DNA of 32,000 nt from Betaproteobacteria bacterium LSUCC0117 (GCA_030441535.1 JAUJFZ010000006.1:6456-38455); one strand, 5' to 3'. Positions 1 to 10,112 are shown, counted from the stretch's first letter. Numbers and translations: made by a program. Notes: generated by a model not told the origin, from the sequence alone.

Positions 1-952
1 ACAAGGCCCAGAGGGCAAGTGGCAGCGCTGGCCATGTAAACCACAAAACCAACTTAAACCAGCGGTACCAACCCAGACGGGGCTCTGTCGTGATCGCTAA
101 GGGATAGCTGACGGGCGGTTGAATAAGCAGAACCGTTAGGCTGACCACTGATACGGCCAATGCCCACGCGATTAATGTGTGGCGAGCGCATTGCCAGCGA
201 TTTAAAAACACCATCGCCAACCCCGAACCGACCAAGATGGAGAGAATGAGAGCCAATGTAGGCTGACCACTCAAGGCCAAGCCTATCAACCCAAGCCCAC
301 CAAGAAGCGGCGGGCTGATATGTCGCCAAACCGAGGGGCGCTTCTGTGCCTCGTACGGCGTCGTGTTTGATACGCGCGCCATTTGCGCGATCGTGTGCGA
401 GGCCGCCGCGATAAAAAATCCTGTAAAGGCCACACCGAAGACGTCGACAGCGGTCTCGTGCCCGATTTGGGCGAGGCCTAAACAACCGGCGAATATCAGC
501 AACGCGGCGTCGGCCATGGCGCGCGCGTACCCACTGCGATTAGCCTGACCACCGAATGCAAATGCCACCGGTTGCGCCTTCGGCAGATGTGCCAAATGGT
601 AGACGGCGTACCAAACGCTTGCAATGGCAGCAGCCAGCATCAGCGCAAAGGGAATGCGCACGACGACTGCAGGTCCCAAGGCTCCAAACCACTTGATGAA
701 CAGCGCGCCAACCCAGTAGGGTAACCAGCCATCGATGTCGGGCCTCAGACCGAGGAGTGTCGGCGAAAACCAGTCGCTGTGACCGTTCGCCAAAGAGTTC
801 ATGAGGCCGAAGCCAGCCCCATCCGCTTCTTTCCAGGGCTCGCGACCGATGTAGCCAGGAATGACGTAGAACACCGACAACAGCACCAAGGCCCACCGGG
901 GCAACCGGCGGACAGCTGCTTGCGTAACCAGGGCTGGGGAGGGCGGATTCAC
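1..952 (-). CDS. Polytopic membrane protein, N-terminal about 317 codons (C-terminus lies beyond the window edge); possibly a GT-C/ArnT-like glycosyltransferase
   Basis: Absent from the ORF track because the frame runs off the window. Hand translation of the minus strand from GTG 952 (alternative TTG 970; in-frame TGA at 971-973) is uninterrupted to position 2: VNPPSPALVTQAAVRRLPRWALVLLSVFYVIPGYIGREPWKEADGAGFGLMNSLANGHSDWFSPTLLGL...LILSILVGSGLAMVFLN...WFKLVLWFTWPALPLALWAL. It contains many hydrophobic helices. Track ORFs 54..485 and 540..896 are off-frame to it. The family assignment is weak. Confidence 0.6.
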   Translation of the reverse strand, partial: MNPPSPALVTQAAVRRLPRWALVLLSVFYVIPGYIGREPWKEADGAGFGLMNSLANGHSDWFSPTLLGLRPDIDGWLPYWVGALFIKWFGALGPAVVVRIPFALMLAAAIASVWYAVYHLAHLPKAQPVAFAFGGQANRSGYARAMADAALLIFAGCLGLAQIGHETAVDVFGVAFTGFFIAAASHTIAQMARVSNTTPYEAQKRPSVWRHISPPLLGGLGLIGLALSGQPTLALILSILVGSGLAMVFLNRWQCARHTLIAWALAVSVVSLTVLLIQPPVSYPLAITTEPRLGWYRWFKLVLWFTWPALPLALWAL

Positions 953-984
953 GGGCGGGCTAGCGGGCAATCAAAGGTGGCAGG

Positions 985-1029
985 CACAAAACAAAACAGC
1001 CGAACCAACGAAACATCGGTTCGGCTGTT
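985..1029 (-). terminator. Rho-independent terminator downstream of rpmE2
   Basis: Perfect 12-bp stem AACAGCCGAACC (995-1006) / GGTTCGGCTGTT (1018-1029) with an 11-nt loop. On the minus strand it is followed by TTTGTTTTGT (plus-strand A-run at about 986-996). Confidence 0.7.
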
Positions 1030-1045
1030 GCGCACGGTAGGCCAA

Positions 1046-1303
1046 TTACTTGGTCGTGCGGTTTGCGTAGCGGTTACGGAAGCGCTCAACACGGCCACCC
1101 ATGTTGTCAACACTCTTCTGTGTACCGGTATAGAAGGGGTGTGATTCGCTGGAAGTTTCCAGCTTGAACAAGGGCAATTCGCGGCCGTCGTCCATTTTGA
1201 TCATTTCTTTTGTAGGCGCGCAAGAGCGGGTCACAAATTGGAAGTTGTTGGACTGATCCAAGAAGCAAACTTCACGGTAGTTGGGGTGAATGCCTTCTTT
1301 CAT
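1046..1303 (-). CDS. rpmE2: 50S ribosomal protein L31, type B (no CxxC zinc motif)
   Basis: MKEGIHPNYREVCFLDQS...HPFYTGTQK...GRVERFRNRY is the characteristic type-B L31 sequence. 85 aa. Confidence 0.9.
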   Translation of the reverse strand: MKEGIHPNYREVCFLDQSNNFQFVTRSCAPTKEMIKMDDGRELPLFKLETSSESHPFYTGTQKSVDNMGGRVERFRNRYANRTTK

Positions 1304-1430
1304 GGCGTTTCTCTTTTCTGTAGGTCAGGTGCGGCAGCCTTGATCGTGCGGAATTGCCGAATCACACTTTTCGCAAAATTAAAAAGTTCAACCTCAGATT
1401 ATCGCATGAAATCGCCTGAATTGGCCCTCT

Positions 1431-2693
1431 TTAGCCACCTCGACGCATCATGTCGAAGAATTCCGAGTTGTTTTTGGTTTGCTTCATGCTTTTGAGGACC
1501 ATTTCCATGGCCTCAACTTCGTCCATGCTGTACATGAACTGGCGCAAAATCCGAGTTTTTTGCAGGATTTCGGGCTGCAATAGCATTTCCTCGCGACGGG
1601 TACCGCTGCGATTCAACTGGATTGATGGGAAGACGCGCTTCTCGTATAAGCGGCGATCGAGGTGGATCTCGGAGTTACCGGTGCCCTTGAACTCCTCAAA
1701 GATCACCTCATCCATACGGCTACCCGTATCGACCAGTGCCGTTGCGATGATGGTCAATGAGCCACCTTCCTCGACATTACGTGCGGCACCAAAGAAGCGC
1801 TTAGGGCGTTGCAAAGCATTCGCATCCACACCGCCAGTCAGCACCTTGCCAGAGGAAGGCAGGACGTTGTTGTAGGCACGGGCCAGACGGGTGATGGAGT
1901 CCAGCAGGATCACCACATCTTTCTTCAATTCAACCAGCCGTTTCGCACGCTCGATCACCATCTCAGCGACGTGGACGTGGCGAGCGGCCGGCTCGTCGAA
2001 GGTCGAAGCGATGACCTCGCCATCGACCGTACGCTGCATTTCGGTCACTTCCTCTGGGCGCTCATCGACCAACAGGACAATGAGTTCCACATCGGGGTTG
2101 TTGGATGTGATCGCGTGCGCAATGTGCTGCATCATCACCGTTTTGCCGCTTTTGGGTGGCGCGACGATCAGTGCACGCTGACCTTTGCCAATCGGGGCAA
2201 TGATGTCGATGACTCGGCCCGTGATGTTTTCCTCTGACTTGGTCTCTCGCTCCAAGCGCATCTGCTCTTTTGGAAACAGCGGCGTGAGGTTTTCAAACAT
2301 GATCTTGTGTTTGTTGTCCTCCGGCGGCAAGCCGTTGATCTTGTCGAGCTTGGTCAGTGCGAAGTATCGCTCGCCGTCCTTCGGCGTGCGGACCTCGCCT
2401 TCAATCATGTCGCCCGTATGCAAGTTGAAACGACGGATTTGGCTGGGCGATATGTAGATGTCATCCGTGCTTGCGGTATAGCTTGTGTCGGGTGCACGCA
2501 GGAATCCAAAACCGTCTGGCAACACCTCAAGGACGCCATCAGCAAACACCTGCTCGCCCCCGCGCGCGCGCTTTTTGATGATGGCAAACATCAGTTCTTG
2601 CTTACGCATGCGACCCGTATTCTCAATCTCGAGTTGCTCGGCTTGCTTGAGAACTTCAGAAATGTGGAGGGCTTTTAGCTCAGATAAATGCAT
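1431..2693 (-). CDS. rho: Transcription termination factor Rho
   Basis: 420 aa. N-terminal MHLSELK...LMFAIIK Rho_N region, cold-shock-like RNA-binding region ([14 protein letters not shown]), Walker [22 protein letters not shown], and the typical C-terminus. Confidence 0.97.
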   Translation of the reverse strand: MHLSELKALHISEVLKQAEQLEIENTGRMRKQELMFAIIKKRARGGEQVFADGVLEVLPDGFGFLRAPDTSYTASTDDIYISPSQIRRFNLHTGDMIEGEVRTPKDGERYFALTKLDKINGLPPEDNKHKIMFENLTPLFPKEQMRLERETKSEENITGRVIDIIAPIGKGQRALIVAPPKSGKTVMMQHIAHAITSNNPDVELIVLLVDERPEEVTEMQRTVDGEVIASTFDEPAARHVHVAEMVIERAKRLVELKKDVVILLDSITRLARAYNNVLPSSGKVLTGGVDANALQRPKRFFGAARNVEEGGSLTIIATALVDTGSRMDEVIFEEFKGTGNSEIHLDRRLYEKRVFPSIQLNRSGTRREEMLLQPEILQKTRILRQFMYSMDEVEAMEMVLKSMKQTKNNSEFFDMMRRGG

Positions 2694-2919
2694 AGTGAGT
2701 GGTCCGACCCGGGGGTCCTAAATGACAACAAAGGGGGCGAATCAACGCCAAGTAGAAGGTGGGGGGATGACGCCAGACCGGGGGTAGGTCTGCGTGGTGC
2801 CGGTTGATACCGACTGCGGTCAACGCACGGGGACTGTTTTAGGTCAGGTGCGAATCCGGTTATAACTATAACAGCGCTGCAGGCTTATTTGAACTTGTCG
2901 TATTTTGGAAACAAATCAG

Positions 2920-2945
2920 GCTGCACCCGGCATTTCGGGTGCAGC
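2920..2945 (-). terminator. Hairpin between trxA and rho (terminator/attenuator candidate)
   Basis: Perfect 10-bp GC-rich stem GCTGCACCCG (2920-2929) / CGGGTGCAGC (2936-2945), 6-nt loop, 13 nt after the trxA stop. On the minus strand it is followed by a moderately T-rich CTGATTTGTTTCC. Confidence 0.5.
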
Positions 2946-2957
2946 GCTTGGGTTCGG

Positions 2958-3290
2958 TCAGGCCAATTGACTGTTTACAAACTCTTCCAACTGGGCTTTG
3001 CTAAGGGCGCCCACTTTGGTCGCAGCCAGCGCACCGTCCTTGAAAACCATCAAAGTCGGGATACCGCGGATGCCAAATTGGGCGGGGACGCTGCGGTTCT
3101 CATCGACATTGACTTTGGCAACGCTTAGCTTGCCTTGAAAACTCTGCGCGACCTCGTCGAGGATCGGGGCAATCATCTTGCAGGGGCCACACCACTCGGC
3201 CCAAAAATCGACCAAAACAGGGGTGCTCGATTTCAGGACATCCTGATCAAAAGAAGCATCAGATACGTGTTTGATAAGGTCGCTTGCCAT
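2958..3290 (-). CDS. trxA: Thioredoxin
   Basis: 110 aa, active site WAEWCGPCK, typical TrxA length and C-terminus. SD AGAGGA lies upstream. Confidence 0.95.
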   Translation of the reverse strand: MASDLIKHVSDASFDQDVLKSSTPVLVDFWAEWCGPCKMIAPILDEVAQSFQGKLSVAKVNVDENRSVPAQFGIRGIPTLMVFKDGALAATKVGALSKAQLEEFVNSQLA

Positions 3291-3366
3291 GTTGCTTTTC
3301 CTCTAAGTTTCGTTGCGTCGGCTGTGTTAAAACAGAAAACCTAATTGTGACAGAAACTCCGCTGGC

Positions 3367-6072
3367 GTGATGCCCACCCCGATAACAACCGCGACAGTCC
3401 AGCCTTTGCCAAGCCTCCCATCTGCGGAAGAGGTGATTGGTCATTGGGACTGGAGTCCCGCGCTGGGCACGTTGCATGAATGGATCCAATCGCAGGGCAT
3501 TCATGCGTCTCAGGTGGTTGTGCTGGTCCCTTTTGCGCAAATGATGTCGCAAGCGACCGCCGCTTGGGGTCAAGCCTTTCCCACGAGCTTCGTACCCCGC
3601 TTCGAGACCACTCGCAATTGGGCTGGCGCGGCAGGCGGACCAGCGATACAGGCAGACGATTTAACGCTTGACGTGGCACACGATAGCGTTGTGGCTGCCG
3701 CCATGCTCGCGAGCGTCAAAATTCGGGGGCTCGATGCCCACTGGCGACGAACGCTGGCACCACAGCTCGTTGAAACAGCGCACGAATTAGCGACGCTGGT
3801 CGCTTCTGTGCACCCCGATACACGGTCCGATTGGCTTGCCGAGCGCCTCGCCGTATTGAATCTTGGTAGCGGTGACGGCTTCCAGCGCTGGGAGTCGCTC
3901 ATCGGGACGATGGCTCTGACATGGGCGGCCAACTCGCAGTACCCAACCGATGTGCTCTGGCATCCGGTCCTGCACCCGTCTGTCGCCGCATTGGCCGCGA
4001 TACCTGGCCTCGCAGATGACCCTTTGACATCGGCCTTGTTGGCTCACTGGCCGAACGTCAAGCGCCTACCACCGCTGGCGGTACGAACCGCTGAAAACGG
4101 GTCACCGAACCCGGCTCGTTTGCTGGCAGCCGATGATGCGCAAACAGAGGCGCAAATGGCTGCAGCGCGCGTGATTGCGCATCTGCAGGCGGGCAGAGTA
4201 CCCGTCGGCATCGTGGCTCAAGACCGTTTATTGACCAAGCGGATCCACGCCCACCTGCAAACCGCTGGGGTCGATTGGCGAGATGAGACTGGCTGGCGCC
4301 TGTCGACCACCCGGATCGCTGCGTGGGCGATGCAGTGGCTTGCAGCGGCTGCACCGGATGCGCCAGCTGATGCGCTGGTTGACTTCGTGAAGTTGTGCCC
4401 GTGCTGGCAGGATCGTGAGACAGGGCTCTTCGAGGCTGACATTCGAGCGCTTCGGGCGCGGCAAGCCAGGGTGGCCCTAACACACGAGAAGGTGACGCAA
4501 CTGGACGGTTTAGCCAAGCTATTGGCAATGGCGCAGCGCCCGAAGACTTTTGATGATTGGCGACAAACAACACTTGACGCGCTGGACCTCGCGGGGCTCT
4601 GGCGGTCAGGTGATTGTCCCGAGGATATTGCGCAACTACTGCACGTCCTGCGCGCCGATTCGGCGGGCGCTGACAGCGCCCGGTCTCTGCAGCTTTTGCC
4701 ATGGCCCGTTGCACAGGCTGCTGATTGGGCGCAACTGTCACGCAATCGATTTGTGGCGTGGCTGCGTGGGGCACTGGAGGCCCACAGCTACAAGCCGACC
4801 TACGTGGGGCGTGTTGAAGTGGTGGCTTTGCCGATGCCTCAGCTGTACGGTAGGGAGCTGGGCGCTGTGGTTTTGGCGGGTTGTGATGCCGTGCACCTAC
4901 CCGCACACGTCGCAAACGCGTCAATTTGGACGCCGGCGCAGCGAACGGTGCTGGGCTTGGAAAGTGCCGAAGAGGCGACCCAGCGCGCTTATGACGCTTG
5001 GTGTTTGACGCTGCAATTTCCACGGCTTGACATCTTCTGGCGTCAAACAGATGGTGATCAGGTCATGCAGCCTGCACCTTGGTTGAGCTTGCTAACCACC
5101 GGCACAGCGGACGATAAGCGCCCAACTCGCTGGTCCGTCATGCGCCCGGTCGTTGACAGCAAAGACGAGCGGCATACCCGCAGCTTGACCCACACGCCAA
5201 CGCAGACGCCGGCAACGCCAATGGGGACCGTTCTGCCGACTCGTCTTTCTGCGAGCGCTTATCAGGCCTTGCGTGATTGCCCTTATCGGTTTTTTACACA
5301 TTACGGCCTGCGGTTGCGCGAGGTTGAGGAATTGGCGCTACCGCCCGGCGCGCGCGATTTTGGCAATTGGATTCACCGGACACTTGCTGCGTTCCACGTG
5401 GGCGGGGGACAGTTGTCTCACTCAACGACCCGTGCCGTTTTAGAAGAAACGCTGAGTCAGTGCGCACATGCCGCGCTGCCGAGCACACTGGCTGAGGATC
5501 CTGATTTTTTGCCGTATCTGGCATCCTGGCCCGCACTTCGGGATGGCTATCTCGACTGGCTCCACGCGCACGAGGCAAATGGCTTTTCAGTCGATAGCCA
5601 CGAGACACCGATTGAGCGCGTCATCTCGGAAGACACTGGGCTCACATTGTTTGGCACCGTGGATCGCATCGACACCGGCACCGATGCCGAAGGTAAGCGC
5701 ACCTTTGCGTTCATTGATTACAAGACGGAGCATCCCGATAAGACCCGGGCCCGGGTGTCAAGCAATAGCGAGGACACCCAACTGCCTTTTTATGCTGCTA
5801 TCCATGAGCCGCGGCGCCGCGGCAGTGACACCAGCGTCGAGGCCAGCTATCTCAATCTAGGCAGTCGACCCGACTCGAAGGCAAAAGGTCGCCTCACGCA
5901 GACCATGACGTTGGCGGCGGTTGACGAACAGGCCGAGCAATTGGTCACCCAAATTGCGCACGATTGGCAGCGCTTACAGGCGGGCACAGCCGTCAAGGCA
6001 TTAGGGGAAGGGGATGTGTGCACCCATTGCGCCGCCCGCGGTCTCTGTCGAAAGGCGTATTGGGATCTATGA
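3367..6072 (+). CDS. addB: AddB-like PD-(D/E)XK nuclease subunit of an AddAB-type helicase-nuclease (no Walker A)
   Basis: 901 aa. C-terminal RecB-type nuclease motif (GTVDRIDT...FAFIDYKTE). Four Cys in the AddB Fe-S pattern: LRDCPYRF ... CTHCAARGLC (C-x2-C-x5-C). Stop overlaps the start of the downstream UvrD-like gene (ATGA). GTG 3367 or ATG 3370 could be the start. Confidence 0.8.
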   Translation: MMPTPITTATVQPLPSLPSAEEVIGHWDWSPALGTLHEWIQSQGIHASQVVVLVPFAQMMSQATAAWGQAFPTSFVPRFETTRNWAGAAGGPAIQADDLTLDVAHDSVVAAAMLASVKIRGLDAHWRRTLAPQLVETAHELATLVASVHPDTRSDWLAERLAVLNLGSGDGFQRWESLIGTMALTWAANSQYPTDVLWHPVLHPSVAALAAIPGLADDPLTSALLAHWPNVKRLPPLAVRTAENGSPNPARLLAADDAQTEAQMAAARVIAHLQAGRVPVGIVAQDRLLTKRIHAHLQTAGVDWRDETGWRLSTTRIAAWAMQWLAAAAPDAPADALVDFVKLCPCWQDRETGLFEADIRALRARQARVALTHEKVTQLDGLAKLLAMAQRPKTFDDWRQTTLDALDLAGLWRSGDCPEDIAQLLHVLRADSAGADSARSLQLLPWPVAQAADWAQLSRNRFVAWLRGALEAHSYKPTYVGRVEVVALPMPQLYGRELGAVVLAGCDAVHLPAHVANASIWTPAQRTVLGLESAEEATQRAYDAWCLTLQFPRLDIFWRQTDGDQVMQPAPWLSLLTTGTADDKRPTRWSVMRPVVDSKDERHTRSLTHTPTQTPATPMGTVLPTRLSASAYQALRDCPYRFFTHYGLRLREVEELALPPGARDFGNWIHRTLAAFHVGGGQLSHSTTRAVLEETLSQCAHAALPSTLAEDPDFLPYLASWPALRDGYLDWLHAHEANGFSVDSHETPIERVISEDTGLTLFGTVDRIDTGTDAEGKRTFAFIDYKTEHPDKTRARVSSNSEDTQLPFYAAIHEPRRRGSDTSVEASYLNLGSRPDSKAKGRLTQTMTLAAVDEQAEQLVTQIAHDWQRLQAGTAVKALGEGDVCTHCAARGLCRKAYWDL

Positions 6073-9000
6073 ACGCGACTGCCTCAGACTCAACACCGCA
6101 CTACAGAAAAGACGGTGAAGCATGCGACGCCAGGACGTTCTACGCAGTGGCTTGTGACCCCACGCGGCCGGTGGTGGTCGAGGCCTGCGCCGGCGCCGGG
6201 AAAACCTGGCTTCTGGTCAGCCGCATTGCGCGAGCGCTATTGCTGGACACACCACCGCACGAAATCTTGGCCATCACCTTTACTAAAAAAGCCAGCGCTG
6301 AGATGGCCCAGCGACTGCAGGCGCTGTTGGGTTCGTGGCGCGATCTCTCGGATGAGGCCCTGACAGCGGAGTTGATGGCGCGCGGCCTGTCTGACCAGGA
6401 CAGCCAACAGGCGTCCCTACGCGAAAAAGCCCGTGGTCTCCATGCCGTGGCATTGTCAGGTCGTGGGGTACAAATACGCACGTTTCACGGCTGGTTTGCC
6501 GCGTTGTTGCGAATGGCGCCAATGTCGTTGCTGCAATCATTGGCGCTTCCATCGCCCTACGAATTACTCGAAGACGACACCGAAGCGATTGCGGGTGTGT
6601 GGCCGCTTTTTTACGCCATGGTGCGAGACGACCCCCAACTGAAAGCGGATTTTCAAGCGGCGCTCGAAGTCTACGGGCGGCATAACCTGCGCGAAGCGTT
6701 GACGTTTTCGCTCACCAAACGGATCGAGTTTGAGCTGGCGGACCAACCGGGCAATTCATCCGTAGCGGGACTTGAAAGCGCAGTCGCTGATTACCGCGCG
6801 GTTTATCCCGGGTTCGCTAACTGTGACGACTTACAGCAACCATTCGATACTGTGTCGGCGTTCAAAGCCAGCCTGCGCGCCGCCGCCGTCGCACTGGGTA
6901 CGAAAAAGGGTAACGATGCATCCGCTCGGGCTGCGACCCGTTTGGGTAACGCAATCGATACCCTCGACATGATGGCGATTGTCGATGTGTTGCTCACACA
7001 AAAGGGCACGCCACGCGCCAAGGGACTTTCGGTTGACGACCCCACAGTCATCGAAACGGCACAAGGTTGGGTCATCGACTGGCAGGGCGCTGTTCACCAG
7101 GCGGCTTGCCGCATCCACCAACAACGGATGGTTCGCCTGTCCCGGGCCTTGTTGGCTTGTTTCAAAGACCTCAAACGCCAGCGCGGTTGGGTCGATATGA
7201 ACGATATCGAATCGGCCGCCACTCAGCTGCTGGCTGATTCCGCTTTGTCAGCCTGGGTCCAGCAGCGTTTAGATGCCCAGATCAGTCATTTGTTGATTGA
7301 TGAATTTCAAGATACCAATCCCATGCAGTGGCGGGCACTCAATGCGTGGCTGGAAGGTTACGCTGGCGCCGGTGGTGGAGGCAACAACCCGCCCAGCGTC
7401 TTCATCGTGGGTGACCCCAAACAGTCCATTTATCGATTCAGACGCGCAGAGCCGCGTGTTTTTAAGGTCGCCACTGCCTTTCTGAAAGAGGCCATGGGGG
7501 CGTCGGTCCTGGCGTGCGACCACACCCGTCGCAACGCACAGTCGATCATCAGTGTGGTGAACGCCGTCATGGTTCCTAACGTGACCAATGACCCTGAAGC
7601 GCCCCAATTCAGAACACACAGCACACAACGCCCGGAAGCGGGCGCGGTGTTGGGTCTGCCCATGGTGTTGGACACCCGTCCGGCAAAAACGGCTCCGGAT
7701 GCAGCTGATCATGCCGCGCCCGGAATCTGGCGCGATTCACTCAACACGCCGAAGTTAGAGCCCATTGAACTTTTGGCGGCGCTAGAAACCCAGCAGGCGG
7801 CGCGTTGGATTCGCGCACAGGTCGATGACGGCGAGGTGGTGCCCAGCGAGGTCATGGTCATCGCCCGCACCAATGCACGACTCAGTCTGATGCAAGAGGC
7901 GCTCACAAATGAGGGAGTGCCCTGTGCGCAGCCCGACAAATCGAGCCTGATCGAGAGTCCCGCTGTGGCGGATGTGATCGCACTGCTAGACGCTCTGGTA
8001 TCACCGACACACGACCTGTCACTTGCGCAGGCGTTGCGTTCGCCCCTGTTCAATGCGAGCGATGCAGACCTGATTGAGTTGGCACAGCATATAAAGACCA
8101 CGAAAGACAAGGCCCCTGGTGCTTGGTGGCGCGCTGTTGAGGCGCTGGCACAAACCGGCGCCTCTCAATTGGCCAGTCGTTGCCAGTCATGGCGCGACAC
8201 GCTTCACCGACTCAAGCATCGCTTGGCTCACGAAAGCCTGCATGAGGCCTTAGTCGGTGTTTACAAAGTATGCGACGCGATCGCCGCTTTTTCAGCAGTG
8301 GTACCCGAGGCTCAAAGAGCCGCCACCCGAGCGCAGCTCAACGCTTTGCTCGATGAAACGCTGATGATCAATCAAGGGCGCTATCTCACCCCGTATCAGT
8401 TCATACGTGCGATCAAGGCGGGCACAAAACAAAAGGCATGGCCGACACCGCCAGGTGTGGTGCGCCTCCTCACCGTTCACGGTGCGAAAGGCTTAGAGTC
8501 TCAGCTCGTGGTGCTGCTCGATACACACGCCCCCCCGAAGCCTGCTCAATCCATGACGGTGCTGGTTGACTGGCCGGCGCATGATCTGGCACCACGCCGA
8601 TTCGTTTTCATCGCAAAGGAAAGCGCGCCGCCGAAGTGCGCAGAAGGGCTCCTGTTGCGGGACCAACAAGCTCGCGCGACCGAGGAGAACAATGCCCTAT
8701 ACGTTGCCATGACGCGAGCGGCTGACCGCTTGGTCCTGTCGGCGCACCAACCCCGCAGCAAAGACCACGTCAGTTGGTACACGCGTTTGTCCACTGTGAT
8801 GACGCCTGTTGATACTCACACCGAGGTTGATGCAGATACGGTAATGACGAAGCCGTCGAAAGCCACAGCGACAAACGTTGACAACGCGCTGACCGTCGCT
8901 GATATCCCTGCATGGAGTGGCCGTGCTGCAATGCCGATGCAGGCTGAGACAGCAGGCGGCGATGACCTGGCGTCTCGTCGCGGGCAGGCGATGCACTTAT

Positions 9001-9428
9001 TGCTATCTTGGTGTTTTGCCGAGAGCGCTGGTACCCCATGGTCCCCTTCGCGGCTGCAATCTACACGTATTGCCTTTGGCTTGACTGAGGCCGACCTCCA
9101 CATTGCGATCGACCAAGCACGGGCCATGCTTGAAGGCGAGGGCGGGTGGTTATGGTCCGCCGAACAGGTCGCCTTTGAGGCTAACGAGGTCGCCGTTTTT
9201 GACGCCGGTGAGCTGTTACGTATCGATCGGCTGGTGCAAACCGTGGACCACCAGTGGTGGGTCATCGATTTCAAGTCAAGCACGCGTCCAAACGATGATG
9301 CGGTTTTGCGGGCACAGCTTAAACGGTACGCTGACGTCATAGCCCGTTTGACCGGATCAACTGCCGTGAACCCGGTTTTTATGACACCTGAGGGACGCCT
9401 CGTCCCACTGAACCTGACAGAAAATTAA
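6069..9428 (+). CDS. addA: AddA-like UvrD/REP-family helicase with C-terminal nuclease domain
   Basis: Walker A ACAGAGKTW, motif II LIDEFQDTN, HGAKGLE, YVAMTRA, and a C-terminal nuclease motif (RIDRLV...WWVIDFKSS). Start set at ATG 6069 (MNATASD...), which overlaps the addB stop by 4 nt. The track's upstream start at 5964 lies inside addB. Confidence 0.85.
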   Translation: MNATASDSTPHYRKDGEACDARTFYAVACDPTRPVVVEACAGAGKTWLLVSRIARALLLDTPPHEILAITFTKKASAEMAQRLQALLGSWRDLSDEALTAELMARGLSDQDSQQASLREKARGLHAVALSGRGVQIRTFHGWFAALLRMAPMSLLQSLALPSPYELLEDDTEAIAGVWPLFYAMVRDDPQLKADFQAALEVYGRHNLREALTFSLTKRIEFELADQPGNSSVAGLESAVADYRAVYPGFANCDDLQQPFDTVSAFKASLRAAAVALGTKKGNDASARAATRLGNAIDTLDMMAIVDVLLTQKGTPRAKGLSVDDPTVIETAQGWVIDWQGAVHQAACRIHQQRMVRLSRALLACFKDLKRQRGWVDMNDIESAATQLLADSALSAWVQQRLDAQISHLLIDEFQDTNPMQWRALNAWLEGYAGAGGGGNNPPSVFIVGDPKQSIYRFRRAEPRVFKVATAFLKEAMGASVLACDHTRRNAQSIISVVNAVMVPNVTNDPEAPQFRTHSTQRPEAGAVLGLPMVLDTRPAKTAPDAADHAAPGIWRDSLNTPKLEPIELLAALETQQAARWIRAQVDDGEVVPSEVMVIARTNARLSLMQEALTNEGVPCAQPDKSSLIESPAVADVIALLDALVSPTHDLSLAQALRSPLFNASDADLIELAQHIKTTKDKAPGAWWRAVEALAQTGASQLASRCQSWRDTLHRLKHRLAHESLHEALVGVYKVCDAIAAFSAVVPEAQRAATRAQLNALLDETLMINQGRYLTPYQFIRAIKAGTKQKAWPTPPGVVRLLTVHGAKGLESQLVVLLDTHAPPKPAQSMTVLVDWPAHDLAPRRFVFIAKESAPPKCAEGLLLRDQQARATEENNALYVAMTRAADRLVLSAHQPRSKDHVSWYTRLSTVMTPVDTHTEVDADTVMTKPSKATATNVDNALTVADIPAWSGRAAMPMQAETAGGDDLASRRGQAMHLLLSWCFAESAGTPWSPSRLQSTRIAFGLTEADLHIAIDQARAMLEGEGGWLWSAEQVAFEANEVAVFDAGELLRIDRLVQTVDHQWWVIDFKSSTRPNDDAVLRAQLKRYADVIARLTGSTAVNPVFMTPEGRLVPLNLTEN

Positions 9429-9431
9429 CCC

Positions 9432-10100
9432 ATGACTGATTCTGCGCCGCTCCACATAACCGTCGTATCGGATGTCGTTTGCCCCTGGTGTTACATCGGC
9501 AAGCGGCACCTTGAGGCCGCACTCGACTTATTCCATGAAGCGCACCCTGACCAAGCGACACCCCAGATCGAATGGTCTGCGTTTCAGCTCAACCCTACGA
9601 TGCCGATTGAGGGCATGGACCGTGAGACCTATGTGGCCACCAAATTCGGCGGGAACCGCGATGCCATCATGGAGCGGATGACCGCGGCAGGTTTGAATGC
9701 GGGTATTGCCTTTCAGTTCGACGGTATCCAAAAGCAACCCAACACACTGGCGCTACACGCTTTGATTGCAGCGGCAGATACGCAGGGCCAACAAACCGCG
9801 ATCGTGGAACGCTTGTTCCAAGCGAATTTCCTAGAGGGTATTGATCTAACCGACGGCCCTGCTATCATCGCGCTCATGACCCCGTTGGGCTTGTCGCCTG
9901 AGGTCATTGCCGACTGCCTCGATACGCAGGGGACGCCGCAAGCGAATGCTTCGGCAACCGATGCCCATTGGCGGTCATTGCAGGTACAAGGTGTGCCGCT
10001 GTTTGTGTTTGATCGTCAATGGGCGGTTTCAGGCGCGCAGCCACCCGATGCGCTTGCACAGGCCATGACCCATGCACTTGCGCAGCGGACTGAGAATTGA
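9432..10100 (+). CDS. DsbA-family (FrnE/HCCA-isomerase-like) thiol oxidoreductase
   Basis: 222 aa. N-terminal ITVVSDVVCPWCYIGKRHLE is the characteristic CPWC thioredoxin-fold motif of this family. Confidence 0.8.
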   Translation: MTDSAPLHITVVSDVVCPWCYIGKRHLEAALDLFHEAHPDQATPQIEWSAFQLNPTMPIEGMDRETYVATKFGGNRDAIMERMTAAGLNAGIAFQFDGIQKQPNTLALHALIAAADTQGQQTAIVERLFQANFLEGIDLTDGPAIIALMTPLGLSPEVIADCLDTQGTPQANASATDAHWRSLQVQGVPLFVFDRQWAVSGAQPPDALAQAMTHALAQRTEN

Positions 10101-10112
10101 TTTTTACAACAA

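Noticed and set aside
54-896. Track ORFs 54..485 (143 aa) and 540..896 (118 aa) on the minus strand.
   Set aside because: Both are out of frame with a continuous minus-strand frame that is open to the window edge (1..952). That frame translates to a convincing multi-helix membrane protein, while these two read as Arg/Trp-rich nonsense.
1304-1430. A Zur-regulated zinc-sparing L31 paralogue (Zur box upstream of rpmE2).
   Set aside because: I saw no AT-rich palindrome of the GTAATGTTATAACATTAC type in the 127-bp upstream region. As far as I recall, rho-rpmE2 adjacency with type-B L31 is the normal arrangement in this lineage.
4058-5023. Long antisense or off-frame ORFs in the GC-rich host genes. 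Examples: 4058..5023 (321 aa), 4218..4745, 8816..9340, 11995..12972 (325 aa), 15142..15759, 15942..16472.
   Set aside because: They lie entirely inside genes with unmistakable family motifs (addB, addA, acyl-CoA synthetase, guaA). They are Arg/Pro/Ala/Ser-rich, as expected for non-coding frames in high-GC DNA, and they lack SD sequences.
5964-6068. 5' extensions of several track ORFs: addA from 5964, acyl-CoA synthetase to 13398, metY to 14647, ldcA from 30647, mini-recombinase from TTG 20680, H-NS-like to 21855.
   Set aside because: Each extension overlaps the neighbouring gene or the predicted promoters. Each internal start gives the conserved N-terminus and/or a properly spaced SD.
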